Shown one piece after another: positions 20,339 to 32,422 of a stretch of DNA of 46,893 nucleotides. The position numbers and the translations under genes are program-made. The stretch is from Coniocarpon cinnabarinum (Eukaryota), in the NCBI GenBank assembly GCA_051942205.1, contig JAVECO010000174.1, forward strand, positions 1-46,893, given 5' to 3'. Every line of letters starts with the position of its first letter. Position 1 is the stretch's first letter. Under the pieces are notes generated by a model, which made no database searches, was not told where the DNA came from, and saw nothing but the letters and a program-made list of their open reading frames with translations.

Positions 20339-21819
20339 TCACAGGTCTGACAGCATCCTGGGCAAAATTGTGTCAACAAAGGCCCACACGTTTCCAGTGT
20401 AATCCTGTGCAAGAAGACTAGCGCCATAGTAAGTTGAGCGATATCCCTGCAGCGAATAGACGTCCTGCACGATGCCCGCCTTGAGTTGTTCTGGAGACTG
20501 CCGCCAGAGCACCGAGTTGTGGTCCACGACTTCACGGAATTCAACAGTGCTGTCTGTCGAGTTGGACACCGCGTGGGTTGTCGTCAGGTTCTGCACGGCG
20601 TCCATGATGAGCTTTTGACCGTCCTCGTGACTGATCGAGTAGTTGGTACTGAGCAGGATCTCGAAGAGATCTTCACCTGGGATTGCCGCTGACGCAAGAC
20701 TGAGCGAGTAAGGCCAGTCGCGGATGTTGAGTGTATTGGACGGTGCTGCGTCTGGAGCTGTAAAGAGGACCGTCGTGTTCTCTGGAATATCAGGGATGCG
20801 AGCCACGGCGGCAAGCGTATAAGCTCCCGTCCATGTACTGTACGGCGCAGTCTCTTTCGCGTCGAGGTCGAAAGGCGCAAGATTGCCAAGACTCGGCGGT
20901 GGCGTAAAGAGCAGCTTCTTGGCCTTGATGAGCTTCTCCTTGCCATCAGCACCGCAGGTAACGATTTTGACGCCATCATCATTACGTTCTGCGGCGACGA
21001 CGTGGTTCTGCAGCATGACGTCGTCTTTCAGCAGCTGCAGCGCACGTCTGTATAGCTCGCTGTTACTGTAGCCCATTGGTTGGAAGAATGAGCCATCGAG
21101 AAAGCCTTGAGCGACTGGCTGCCCAAATGCGAAGTACACGTAGAGCGTCAGCACCTCTTTGATACCACCAACGCCTACGTTTGCAATAACAGCCAGCAGA
21201 GGTGCCATAGCTTCGAGGTCGTAGCGTTCAGCAAACTCCCCAAATGGCATAAGCAGTTCCTCAGGGATGTCTTCAGGAGCCCAGAAGTCCCAAAGAGCAG
21301 GCAGCAAGCGGTCTGTGTATGGTGCTGTCAAATTGACCCATTTCTGGATGGCTGCGAGCTGGTCTGGAAACGATGGAGGCATGTATGATGACAAGAGACT
21401 GGCGTCGACACTGTTGGCATAGACCGTAGTCTGAGGGACTGAGACATAAGGTGTGATGGGGATGTCGAAGCGCTCGAAAAATGCAGCGGAGTTACCGTAT
21501 CGAATGTAGGCTAGCACGCCGTAGTCGATGTCTGTGTTGCTCGCTGGGTCATGGTATGTGTTAACGTGACCGCCCTGGACCGTATTAGTGTTGTGACGAC
21601 ACGAAGACAGTTTCAAGAACGTACGAGGTGGTCGTCTCTCTCAATGACAACAATGCTCTTGTTCAAGTCTTCACGCAAACGGACCGCGGCATAAGTGCCT
21701 GAGGCGCCACCTCCTATGATGGCCACATCTTTTTCAATGCAATCCGCCGGTGCAAATGCGCTCTCATCAATAGCAAAGCCAAGTGCAGCAAAAAGACCAA
21801 TGAGGAGTGCTCGCCACAT
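20339..21819 (-). CDS. Secreted FAD-dependent oxidoreductase, flavin amine oxidase superfamily (CpaO/beta-cyclopiazonate dehydrogenase-like; ~476 aa; intron 21575-21624)
   Basis: Signal peptide MWRALLIGLFAALGFA; dinucleotide-binding DVAIIGGGASGTYAAVRL...IERDDHL|GGHVNTY joined across a GTACGT..CTAAT..CAG intron. Confidence 0.85.
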
Positions 21820-23389
21820 ATTACAATGCCTGTATGAGTAACCAATGTACAATGATACTGCAATTACGCCGAAAGGGAATGCAATCACAAAAGGCGAACA
21901 TGCTTCTCATCCAGGATTCTGTAGCAGCTTTAAATACACTTACTGTTTGTCCCGGGTCTGGCTGGTAAAACGTGGTGGCGCCATCGCGTGTGACATTCAA
22001 TCGAGCAAATGACTTCGTGCCCACTGCGCGTTTGAACCGAGGATCAAAGGAATCCAGCAGTCTCCTCAGGTCCCCTCTTTCGCCGGAATCATGTCCACCA
22101 GCAACGGTACAGCGCTTTCGATTTGGAAGATGAACGCGGCACAATGCCGTTTGGCAGACCGACGTATCGAATGGCAGTGCCCAGCAACACTTTGGTTGCA
22201 AGCGGAGCACCAAGAGACGCCATGGTGCAAGAAGGTTTGGCTATGTAGGAACTAAGCTTGTCAGATTGCAGGTCGATGGACGCTTGCGTCTGTGAAGCAG
22301 GGGCAAGACCGCCGAGATGGAGGGATGACACGAGGAAAGACTAGCATCCATGGCCCCCTAACAAAGTTTCCCATGGACTTTAATCGTGGGCAACAGTCCA
22401 CTAAATGCAGCGCACTAGGAGGCCTTTCGGATAGGACGATACGAAGTCTCAACCTGTTTGTGACTTGCAGTGGCGTAAATGCAAAGGAGGTGCAATACAA
22501 GGAGGTGAGTCAGCTATGTAGTCATGCTAGAATAAATGTAGCACAGATTCATGGAGTAGCTTGGCTCGTTGTGAGTCACGATGTTTGCGGCTGAGCGCTA
22601 CATGACTCAATTGCTGACCCAAATTATCTACCTATAACGGCAAAGTAGCATCCAATCCTTTAACAATGACAAGAAAGTGTCATCGTTGGCCGATCTCGTC
22701 AACTTTAATTCTTTAGCGACGCGTTACAGAACTTACCACAGAGCTGGTACGTCTGGAACACACCTTTTGAACTTGGAAGTGGGCAGTATTTGTAATGGCT
22801 GGAGTAGCTGAGAGCGCGCTCCTTCTACGTAATGACTCATATAGATCGAACAGTTCGCGCAGCTTTGGCGAAACCCAGACAATGGTGCCTCACGGGCACT
22901 TATACTCACGAATCATTGCTATTTCAGAAGCGAATGACCAAGCGCTATTGATTCATACCACCTCAAAACAAATCTTTTGCCTGGCATCCTTTGATCCACT
23001 TGGCGAACAAACGTAGAAACTTGAGCGCGTCATAGCAATTTGCACGAACCACAGGTTCGGCTTTTACAGAACGTTCCTTACTAGCGTTGCAAAGTTCTAA
23101 CGACAGGCTTGCACGTATTCATGACCTGAGAGAAGCTTTGTAGAGTCATCGTGGTGCGAATATCGAGGCGCATAAGGTATTCATAGCAAGCCTGTGCCAC
23201 GTGATATGACAATTGACATTGGAAGAATAGCATATGAAAATCGTCTGAAGGCTAATTACGTCCAAGCGACACAACAATGGCACCAGTCCAATCAAATGGA
23301 CTCAAATTGTCGCCTCTACTCAAATTCGAAATTTGGTATATGCTCGTCCATCGTTCTCAGGGACGTGTCAGACTCAGTGGGTCACATTG

Positions 23390-23948
23390 TCACAGAGTAC
23401 GGCGGACCTCCTCCATCAATGCCGTTATACGACGGTAGAATCCCATCTGACCCTTGTCACCCGCGTCTCTCCGTAGTTTATTTAACTCCTTTAGCATCAA
23501 GTCCGTCGTCCCATCAAGTATGCGGTAACCTCGTGAAACCGCGTCCCTTTGATGCGGCTGAAGGTGAACATGCCACAGGCTGTTCGCACTCCATTGATTT
23601 TCCTAGTTGTTGTGAGTTATCCTTGAGTCGCAACTCCGTAGGCGAGGAGGGAGGGCATTGATGTTCTAAGGATGCCAACTGACCTGCGAGTATAATCTCG
23701 CGTGCTTCTTATGTCCCAGAGACTCGGCTTTGTAGTACTCAATGGCACTTGTCTGCTGGTAAGCTTCCCTGAGGCTGCTGTCATCCTCCCAGATCCGGTC
23801 GATCGTCGCCTTATTAGCCTTCAGATGTGCCAAGATATTTCGATAGGTTGTAAGTCTAGCGTCGGCATCAGCAGGATGAGCCGGCGAAAGTGCTATTTGC
23901 GTTTCAGTAGATTTACGAATACAAATGTCCAACATTCTTACAGGCCAT
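23390..23948 (-). CDS. Hypothetical 142-aa protein (exons 23948-23942, 23892-23684, 23602-23390)
   Basis: CCATGG start. Introns GTAAGA..CTGAA..TAG (23941-23893) and GTCAGT..CTCAC..TAG (23683-23603) give an open 143-codon frame: MASLSPAHPADADARLTTYRNILAHLKANK...ARLYSQ|ENQWSANS...LMEEVRRTL*. Confidence 0.65.
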
Positions 23949-24829
23949 GGCGCTTGGTTCGCCTTGGAATCCAGGCGTTTTAAATAGTGGGCGGCGGGTG
24001 GAAGATGACTTTAAAACCTGGGAGGCGTATATGTAGCTCTTGTAGTTGAAAGACGTGTCATCTCGCAATTCGGAGCTGCATTGATCACATCATGCAAGAA
24101 ACGTAAGGCACTCCACTGCAGGCGCTTGGGATGTTCACCTCAATCCATGTTGCAGCTTCGCATTTGTAAATGATACTTCCGTTTCTGAAATCGAAAATCT
24201 AATATCTGATACCAGCAAACATGAGCATTTCACTTGCCAGCGTCGTACTCTATACTAATGTTCAACAATCCGCTGCTAGTCAAACCCCTGATCATTGATC
24301 GATCCAAAATCCCTTTATATTCTCATCATATACCATCCATAAGACCTGAGATTGCTCTTCTGCTTCGGCTCCCAGGACTTCTGGCAGCTCAAACCCAATT
24401 CAGTACACCGACTGTTGAGCTGTATCGCATTACTCCACCCCCACAGTTTCTCTTCTGTCTTCCTGCTATTCTCCTCCATTGACTACTGCTTCACCTAGCT
24501 TTCTGCTTGGTCTCAGCATGACTTCAAGTGTCTCAGAGAAGCTTGCTTGTCTCAAGACGAGGGTAAGCCAGCGAGTCCTGGCCAGTCTTCGTGACAATAG
24601 TAGCGTATCCTGAGTGGCCAAAGAGTCTCTCGCCAAGTTACGCGCTTAAGCGCAGCTTTGAAACTCCAGTCATGCGGTCCCCTCACTGAACCCGCAATTG
24701 TCAATTCAGCTCGCTGTCCACATCATATGCTAGAACTGGGTAGAATGACGTCCGACAAGGCAGCTTGGGGTGGAAATGCTAAGCAATCCATGCCAAAGAA
24801 TGGCACAGGTCGCTTCCCCGAAATGAGTC

Positions 24830-26770
24830 TCACACCATGCAGCCCGCGAGGTCCTGCCACAATATTGGAAGGGCATGCTTCGTGTTGAGTCCACTGCCTA
24901 AGCAGAAAGCATATCGAAGCGTCCTCAAAATGGCCACCGTTATGAATGTGATCTCAGCTGGCGACAAGCCTGACTGCTCCAGCTTCCACCTGATCTTCTC
25001 ACTGCACTCACGCCCGCTGTGTCCAGTCACGTAGCAATACTTGAAGCTGTCGTAGAAATGCTCGAGGACAAATTGCACGAGGGCAGGTGCGTTGCGCAGC
25101 AATTGAGCCTTGCCACGGCGGATTGCCTTTGTCTCGCCGGCACGATGGAGCCAATGATCGAATCGCATCAATTCATGAACGAAGAGAATGCTATCGGATA
25201 CTGCGTTGTACCGTCTGTTGCTGTTGAAGTCATCAAAGGTGAAGTAATTCTCAATAAACGTCGCGATCTCGGGCAGGTCGCATCGGAACGCTTTGTAATA
25301 CTTCCATCCGAGGGGTGGAGGCGCCCCTTGTCTTCGAAAGGAATCGTCATATGTGACTGGAGGTGGAGGACCACTCGTATTGACAACATAGGGAGGATAA
25401 CTGACAGTGGGCGGAGCGGAACCGAAGAAGTCCCTAATACCTTCACTTGGGAACTTGACGCAACTCAAACCCACGTCATCGTCAAAGATGAGATTACGCA
25501 GGTTGATTCCAAAAGCGCGTATGCAGATCTCCTGATCGATGGAGTCACGCCATGGACTGGCGAAATGGCCTTCGACGACGTTCATCTGACTAATCCAATA
25601 CCATTTGAGGCTCGTGCAATCGCCACGAGAAACAACAATAGGTTCAGGTGCAGACTCCGTATACCCATTGTTGTGTTGTTCCAGCGGCTTCAAGGTGAAG
25701 TAGAAGATCTTGTCCGAATCTTTTGACGCGTTCGCCTTCGAAGACCGCCTGCGAGAGCGATGATCCATTGCAATAGGAATATCATCTGGACCGTCTTCTT
25801 GGAGAATTTCTCGCATAATGGGATGCATAGGATCTCGTGGTCCCTTCGCGTCTTGCAGATAAAATTCATCATTCTCGTCGGATGATTTGTTCGAGGTATT
25901 GGTTCCTCCCCAACCAAAGATTGTATGGTGGCGAGATGACAAACCGTTGAAACTTTGCTGTCCTTGCTTGAGAAGGATGTCAGCGTTCTCGTAAAACATC
26001 AAGCCATGCTTGCCATTCCAAGCAAGCACATCTTCAGCCACAGGCACACCGCCGAACATCCTAGCAATCCAGTGGCGCCAGTGTTTGGGCTGGGGATGCT
26101 CGTTCAGATGCAGTTTGGGGGCGAAATGCACCAGAAGTCCAAGGACAGGATGGTTGGAGCTGGTAATGACGCCAGCGTCACCTTGCATGGTTAACGCACG
26201 ACGTGTAAAGTCGGCCTCCGTGCAATCCAAACCGATGCTGAATGCCATTATAATCACATCTCTCACAGAGATTGGCACGGGAATATTCGGGAGTTCGGGA
26301 GGCACGCGATCCGCATCGTCATGCTTCAGTGAAATGATGACACGTTCCTGACAGGTGAACTTAGTTTTTCGACAGAACGAAACCCAAGCTGCCTCGCCAA
26401 CTTGAGGCTCTGCCGTCAGCGCCGACCAGTACTTGTCATTGGCGACAATGTCAACCTCTTCATCGAACCGTACTGAGGTCAGAGGCGCTACATCCCAAAT
26501 GTTGCCTTTCCCACGTGGCAGACGAAAGGAGGGCACTTCGTAGAGCACGCGGAAGCGGAACTGTGACCAAGACCAGACTCGCCGGCCCTTCCCAGGCAAC
26601 CCCGACGGACCACCATACACGACACTATCGCAAAGTCTAATGAGCTGCCCACTGGACGCGTACTGCTGGCTCATCTGGCCAATGGCGATAATCATCGCAA
26701 AGGCAGCCACCGTCAGAGCTGCCCAGGCGGCAGCATCAGATTGGTCCTGCATGCCCTGTACAGACATCAA
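24830..26770 (-). CDS. Modin (mod-A)-like membrane-anchored protein, ~645 aa
   Basis: Long ORF (first ATG 26767). An N-terminal hydrophobic helix is followed by QQYASSGQLIRLCDSVVYG...RRVWSWSQFRFRVLYEVP, and later DADRVPPELPNIP and QGDAGVITSSNHPVLGLLVHF, the pattern I recall for fungal modin-related proteins. Confidence 0.6.
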   Translation of the reverse strand: MMSVQGMQDQSDAAAWAALTVAAFAMIIAIGQMSQQYASSGQLIRLCDSVVYGGPSGLPGKGRRVWSWSQFRFRVLYEVPSFRLPRGKGNIWDVAPLTSVRFDEEVDIVANDKYWSALTAEPQVGEAAWVSFCRKTKFTCQERVIISLKHDDADRVPPELPNIPVPISVRDVIIMAFSIGLDCTEADFTRRALTMQGDAGVITSSNHPVLGLLVHFAPKLHLNEHPQPKHWRHWIARMFGGVPVAEDVLAWNGKHGLMFYENADILLKQGQQSFNGLSSRHHTIFGWGGTNTSNKSSDENDEFYLQDAKGPRDPMHPIMREILQEDGPDDIPIAMDHRSRRRSSKANASKDSDKIFYFTLKPLEQHNNGYTESAPEPIVVSRGDCTSLKWYWISQMNVVEGHFASPWRDSIDQEICIRAFGINLRNLIFDDDVGLSCVKFPSEGIRDFFGSAPPTVSYPPYVVNTSGPPPPVTYDDSFRRQGAPPPLGWKYYKAFRCDLPEIATFIENYFTFDDFNSNRRYNAVSDSILFVHELMRFDHWLHRAGETKAIRRGKAQLLRNAPALVQFVLEHFYDSFKYCYVTGHSGRECSEKIRWKLEQSGLSPAEITFITVAILRTLRYAFCLGSGLNTKHALPILWQDLAGCMV

Positions 26771-27517
26771 ACCTTACATCTTAGTCTGGAGGAACGTTGA
26801 TGGTGCTCCTGCTGCGGCCAGCGCAGGAAGAGACGATGGCGGTCAGCATTATTTTGTTTACTCTTGACAACCTGGAAATCCTGTTTCCCTCAGCCGCGCG
26901 AGGCAGGCTGGTAGCACCATCAAATACTGAAGGGTGGCTGTGTAAAGCCAACATCGTCAGGCAGGCAGAAAGGCAGATAGCCTAACCGAAATGGTGTGCT
27001 GCACCCGACCGAATCATTGCAGGGGGAGATCGCCCTGCAGTCAGCCCTGCTATTGGCTTAAGAATGATAGCTCGGAAGGTGAAGAGCATCCGCTCTGCAG
27101 AGAGCAACACTGCGGGGCGACCAGGCTGGAGAACGGCGAGACCGAGGTCGAGCCACATAAATCCCCCGAAAGCATCCTACATGCGCCTGTCACTATTGCC
27201 CGAGTAGATGCACGCCTCTTATTTGCTTAAGAAATCGTTTCTAAAAACCAAGAGTCTTGATGAAGTTTACAGAAACAAGAGAATAAAGTTGTATTGGTGC
27301 TGCAGTATTTGCGCCACGATTTTTGGTACCATACCTCAGACATGACTCGATGTCAGCTAGAGTGCCTAGACTTGGCAGGGTTGCAATATCATTACAGGAG
27401 ACTCTTGGAGTTTGCCAGCTTCCGTGCACGACGACGTATGGAATAAATACACACACGTCCAATGCGTCCGCCTAACAATTCAATTCTCCTTACTCCCCCT
27501 CTTAAACCTCGCCGATA

Positions 27518-28239
27518 ATGTCATCACGGTACCGACTACCCCTCTTCGTCTTATAAGTCCATCCTCAACACTAACCGCACCCCCAGATTCCCCCATCAAC
27601 GCACCAACCTCTTCGCCGACTTCGACGCCCCCACCAACGCACCTCCCTCGCGCAAAATCTCCACCTCCCCGCGCCCAGGCTCCTACGCGCCAAACTCTTA
27701 CTCACCCTCCTACACCAACGGCCACGCATCCTATGGCTACTCATCGCCCGCAGACGGCAGCAGCAGCACGCGCGACCAGCTCTTCGCAAACGGCGCGGGG
27801 AAATACCGCGCAGCGACGCCGAACAGAAAGGGGCAGTATAGCGATGCGGTGCTGAATGAGTTGGAGGGGCAGAATGAGCGGGAATTGGAGGGGATGAGTG
27901 GGAGGGTAGCGATGTTGAAGCAGGTGCGTTTGGTTTCGTTTCTCTTTCGGTCGTGCGGGTGGGCGCTGGAGAATTCGAAAGGAGGCGCGCATGTGCTTTG
28001 GATGTGGGTGAGGCTGACGCTATTCAATGCAGTTGACTACGGCCATTGGCGAGGAGATTCGAGATTCGAGCGCGTTGGCGGACAAGATGAACGAGAGCTT
28101 TTCGAATACACGAGTGCGATTACAGGGGACGATGAATCGAATGTTGCGAATGGCGGAGAAGACTGGTGTTGGATGGAGGGTATGGCTTGGGTTTTTTGCC
28201 GCTGTCATATTGTTGTTCTGGTGGGTCAGAGTGTCGTAG
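27518..28239 (+). CDS. BET1: ER-Golgi Qc-SNARE Bet1 (184 aa; exons 27518-27528, 27587-27923, 28033-28239)
   Basis: YRAATPNRKGQYSDAVLNELEGQNE...LKQ|LTTAIGEEIRDSSALADKMNESF...GTMNRMLRMAEKTGVGWRVWLGFF, with a C-terminal TM; canonical introns, 555 nt. Confidence 0.92.
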
Positions 28240-28564
28240 CGACATGGTTATGAGGTTTGCTAGGCGCGAAGACTGTCCTTGGCAACAAAATGACTGCGCA
28301 AGGAGGCGCGGAGTAGACGTTGAAGAGACGTTCAACTACGAGCGTTTGCGCATTGGGAATACGGGGTCGAGGAAGAGGCGGTGTACGATCAGAACATATA
28401 TGAATTGGCATAGCGCGGCGTTGGCTGGACTAGTCTCTCATCGAGGCCGCAACATTGTAATGGATACCTCAACCTTGAGGATATGTCATCTCTCTCATGC
28501 AGACGACTCTGTGAGGCGTTGTGCTTGGCTGTCATTGATTATTGGGCATTAACTCAGTGCGGTA

Positions 28565-29485
28565 TCATCCTAGTCGCCGACCTCTTCTCGCGACCCTTTG
28601 TGCCCGTCTGGTCTCTCTCGTGCCTAGACTAGGACTACCATCATCCGCAACGCTCGAATTTCCCGTCACGGGCGAGCCCTCCAAGTTCCCTCCTAAACCC
28701 AAACCCCTGCTCAACTCCTGCATCCGTTCGACTGGACCTAATCCTCTTATGGAACCACCAGATCCCCAATCCGGCGGCGGGATCAATCCCAGGCCTGGCC
28801 CTGCTGTATCCAGATTCTGCACCACCTCGATCCCCCCATCACCCTCATCCTCATCCACATGTTCAACCGCCATATCCCCCTCCTCACTTTCACTCTCCTC
28901 AGCCTCCGTATCCGTATGTTCCCACGCATCTCCGTCTTCAGCTTCCGGCACATCATCATCCAAATCCCTCTCCGCTTCCTCCTCATCTCCATCCTCTTCA
29001 TTTTCCGCTCCACTGGCTTCAGGCACCTCCTCATCCAAATCAACACCCATGCCCTCTTCATCGCCCTCCTCTCCGTCTTCTCCATCTAACCCTCTCACCA
29101 CGCGTCGGGCTTCCTCCTCCGCTGCTTGCGTCTCCGCCGCCATGGCCGCTTCTCTGCGTGCTAAAGCCTCTTGCTCGGCGCGCTCGGCGGCCTCGTCAAC
29201 CATTGCTTGATAGGTCTTGGGCACGCCGGGTGGACGCAGCCACGTGGCGCCGAAGCGGCGGATGGCGGTTTTGCGGGCATGGAGGGCGGCTTCGTCGGCG
29301 TCGAGAGCGGTCAGGATGGGATTGCGGTGGGCTGAGTAGTGGGATGAAGCATGCCGGCGGTTGAGATTTGAAGCATTGGTTGCGTTGTTGCTGGATAGAT
29401 TGTCAGGCGGAGAGCTTGAGAGAGGCGATGTGGGGAGTAGATTGTGTGTGGGACGGTGGGGTATTATGGTCAGAGAGGAGAGCAT
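28565..29485 (-). CDS. APC15: Anaphase-promoting complex subunit 15 (Apc15/Mnd2-like)
   Basis: Conserved segment LDADEAALHARKTAIRRFGATWLRPPGVPKT followed by an acidic tract with DLDEEVPEA/DLDDDVPEA and WEHTDTE. Confidence 0.8.
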   Translation of the reverse strand: MLSSLTIIPHRPTHNLLPTSPLSSSPPDNLSSNNATNASNLNRRHASSHYSAHRNPILTALDADEAALHARKTAIRRFGATWLRPPGVPKTYQAMVDEAAERAEQEALARREAAMAAETQAAEEEARRVVRGLDGEDGEEGDEEGMGVDLDEEVPEASGAENEEDGDEEEAERDLDDDVPEAEDGDAWEHTDTEAEESESEEGDMAVEHVDEDEGDGGIEVVQNLDTAGPGLGLIPPPDWGSGGSIRGLGPVERMQELSRGLGLGGNLEGSPVTGNSSVADDGSPSLGTRETRRAQRVARRGRRLG

Positions 29486-29913
29486 GGTGTTTTGACGACT
29501 AGGAAGATCAGGGAGGATTGAGGATCAGTGTGGAGGATGTGGAAGAAGTGTTGGTCCTGCTCTCTCGATTGGCAAGGTGTAGCTACACTGGAGGCTTTTG
29601 GTGCCTTATAGCAGCGAGCTCCACTCCGACTTCCTGGCTCGCTGGGGGGGTCTAACACTAAATTTTAGCGTACCGTGGGGCCACCACCTTCGTCCCCAAA
29701 GCCTGACCCCACTCTATACCTACGAATCAACCTATGCTCTGTCGACCATTGGAAATACACCAAACAAATGCCTAGTGGATGAAGCCGGGATCTCGACATT
29801 TGTGTTATCATAGTGCTACTTCCCAAATGCGATCAAATGATATCTATCCCGACGCTCAATGTTCCTCCATTAAATGCAAAACGCTTTGCACGACCCCCAC
29901 TTCATACAGATAC

Positions 29914-32422
29914 CTATGCATCCAATAGTCTCACCTTCCTACCCACATGCACATTTCGACTGCTTTCACTGCCTCCTAGCCCACGCGATTCCCTATCCTC
30001 CAGAGTCTTCGCTAGCATTCCCGCATCGAAGAACCCATATCCTCCTAGGCCATCGTCTTCTCCGTCACTCATGGATTCTTCTTTCGGTTCACCTGGCTTC
30101 ACGCCACCTACCTGTACAGCCTTGCCTCGACTCTTCGCTCGATTCTTCTCGTTCTTCTCTTCCGCTTCTCTTGCTCGACTCGCCTGCTTGTCTGCCGACG
30201 TGCCTCGTCGCTGTGAAGTCTTCAAGAGCTTCCTGATTTCGAGGAAATACGCTTCTATGGCCTCTACAAAGCGTTTTGTCTGTCTGTGTTTTGAAGATGC
30301 ACATATGAAAATGCCAGAGTCCTTGACGATGTAGCCGATTCCGAAACCGTCGCCAGAAGTGGGGCCAAAACCGAAATGCCTTAATGATGGATTGCCGCAG
30401 TTGGACGTTGAGAGAACTGTGTTGTTCAACTTGTCGTAGCCAGCGTCAGCGAAGATAGTGGGCATAGGAGGCGGGGGTGGGGCAGAGTGATCACGTTCAC
30501 GGCTCTGCTCGCTGGTGATTGAGGGTGTCTCTCCGTCGATCGAAGAGTTCGACAAAGAGCGAACGTCGGCGTCTGGAGATGCAAGTGAGCGCTGCCACAC
30601 GCAGTACAGCGCATACAGATGTCGATCTTGGCCTTGCGCTTGGGAGCACTGCTTCGTGATGTCGACGTGCTTCTGCGCAGCCCGGCGCAGGGCTTCGATC
30701 TTGCGATGGGCAGGGTTTTCTGCCCAAAAAGTGCGCACAAACTCGCTCGACTCCTTCGTCACGGCTCGAATGGCCTCTGTGCGGCCGTGATAGAAAATTT
30801 TGGTCATGGCAGGCTCATACACGCATTCCATGCGACCGTACAAACCATAGTATGCGGCCTGGAAGGCCATTTGCACGAATGCGTCAGGCGAGAAACCCAT
30901 CGACGTGATGAAGTTCTTGCCATAAGTGCCAAATTCAAGCGTCTGGAATTCGTTCTGCTGGATGAGGTCGGCCAGACGGGTCTCCGCAAAACGTAAAGCT
31001 GTCATTAATTCGGGGATCATATCCCACTCGAGCTTGTGAGGTGTTAGGGAGACATTCCCAAAGGAATCAGGATCGCGTTTAGCGGGATCAGGTGATGTAG
31101 TTGCCCATAGTGAGGGAGCTTGACCATTGATAGATTTTGCAAAGCGAAGAATGGTGTCGGTATAGACATCCGAAGCAAAGCGAAGAACCGTGTGTCCGTC
31201 GACGCCGGTATGCTCGAAGTTGATACCGGCGCTGCCGTTCTTGCAGACAATGATCTGCATCTTGTCGTACCAACGATTAGTGCATGTCCCGACTTGGACG
31301 CCACGATCGACCTCAGATGTGCCACAGAGCATGTTCATTGATAGCTGCGAGGAGTCTGCCGGCTCCATATGGTCCAGACAGACGATGAACAGGGACGAGT
31401 CAACGATATTCAGGCATTCGGCGTTATTCGATCCCTCTTCGCGCGAGATGACATCTCTCAATCCAGACCAAACCTTGCGATTCTCGGTTGATAAGACGCC
31501 AATAGCGCCCTTAGCGGCTTCTTGGATGGGAGTCTTCTGTGCGTCGTGCACGATTGCCTCGAGGTTCTTAGCAACATCGTGCTCGGTCATGATGAGGTCG
31601 TTGTCGTCGTCCAGAGTGTCAAACCAATAGAATTGGCCGCGGACGAGGACAACAATGTGCTTCGCGAACGAGTCTTGAGCAATTTGACACCCATTCTCAG
31701 TCGGTATGCGAGCGGTACCGAACATTCGCGAGTACTGGTACATGCACAGAGGTTGCTTGCGAACCATGTCGGGTGGCAATTCCTCTTTGCGGACAGCTCG
31801 TACAAAGCATAGTGCTGAGATGACAAGAGACGCTGCTCGTGTGACCTGGTTATTTCGAGCTGGTGTGGGGTCATCCTCGAGAAGAAAGAAAGGGTTCAAG
31901 TTAAGGACGACGGGGTTGTCGAAGTTTAAATAGGAGTCGTACCCTAGATGAGTGGGTCAATTCGAGCTCTGTAGCGTCACTTTGCGATGCTTAAGGCTCA
32001 CAAAACTGTTCAATATAGCTGCTTCTGCCTGCAGAATACTCATGCAGCTTTTGTTGTAATTCTGGGCCTTCGTGTTTTTGAAACTCTCGAACGGCTCTCT
32101 CCGTATCTTGGTGCTCTCGATACGACTGAAGAGGCTCCAAAGCTTCTAAGTAGCGCTTGCACGTCGCATCAAGGTCTGGAATGGGTAGCTTTGGTAATTG
32201 ATCTTGAGCAGCGAAAGTAATTCCGGGCTTCGTCTCTTGGTGATGATGTGCAAGAGGATCCCGTGCGTCCGCGGGTTGCGACATGGCTGTGTGCGAGGCG
32301 CCTTCCAATGAACGACCTTGATCGCTCACTCCATTAGGCTGTCGTCGATGATCCATCACTTTGCCTCCAGCCAGTGCGCTGTTGAGGTAAGGAGAGGGCG
32401 CAGTGAAGGTCCGAACTACCAT
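29914..32422 (-). CDS. facC: Carnitine O-acetyltransferase (FacC/Yat1 type; ~816 aa; intron 31944-32001)
   Basis: TFAAQDQLPKLPIPDL, SYIEQF|WYDSYL, NRWYDK, catalytic GINFEHTGVDG, SPDAFVQMAFQ, LSTSNCG, FGPTSGDGFGIGY. Confidence 0.92.

Noticed and set aside
20339..21819. Secondary-metabolite cluster around the CpaO-like oxidoreductase
   Set aside because: No PKS, NRPS, DMATS or terpene synthase is present in the window.
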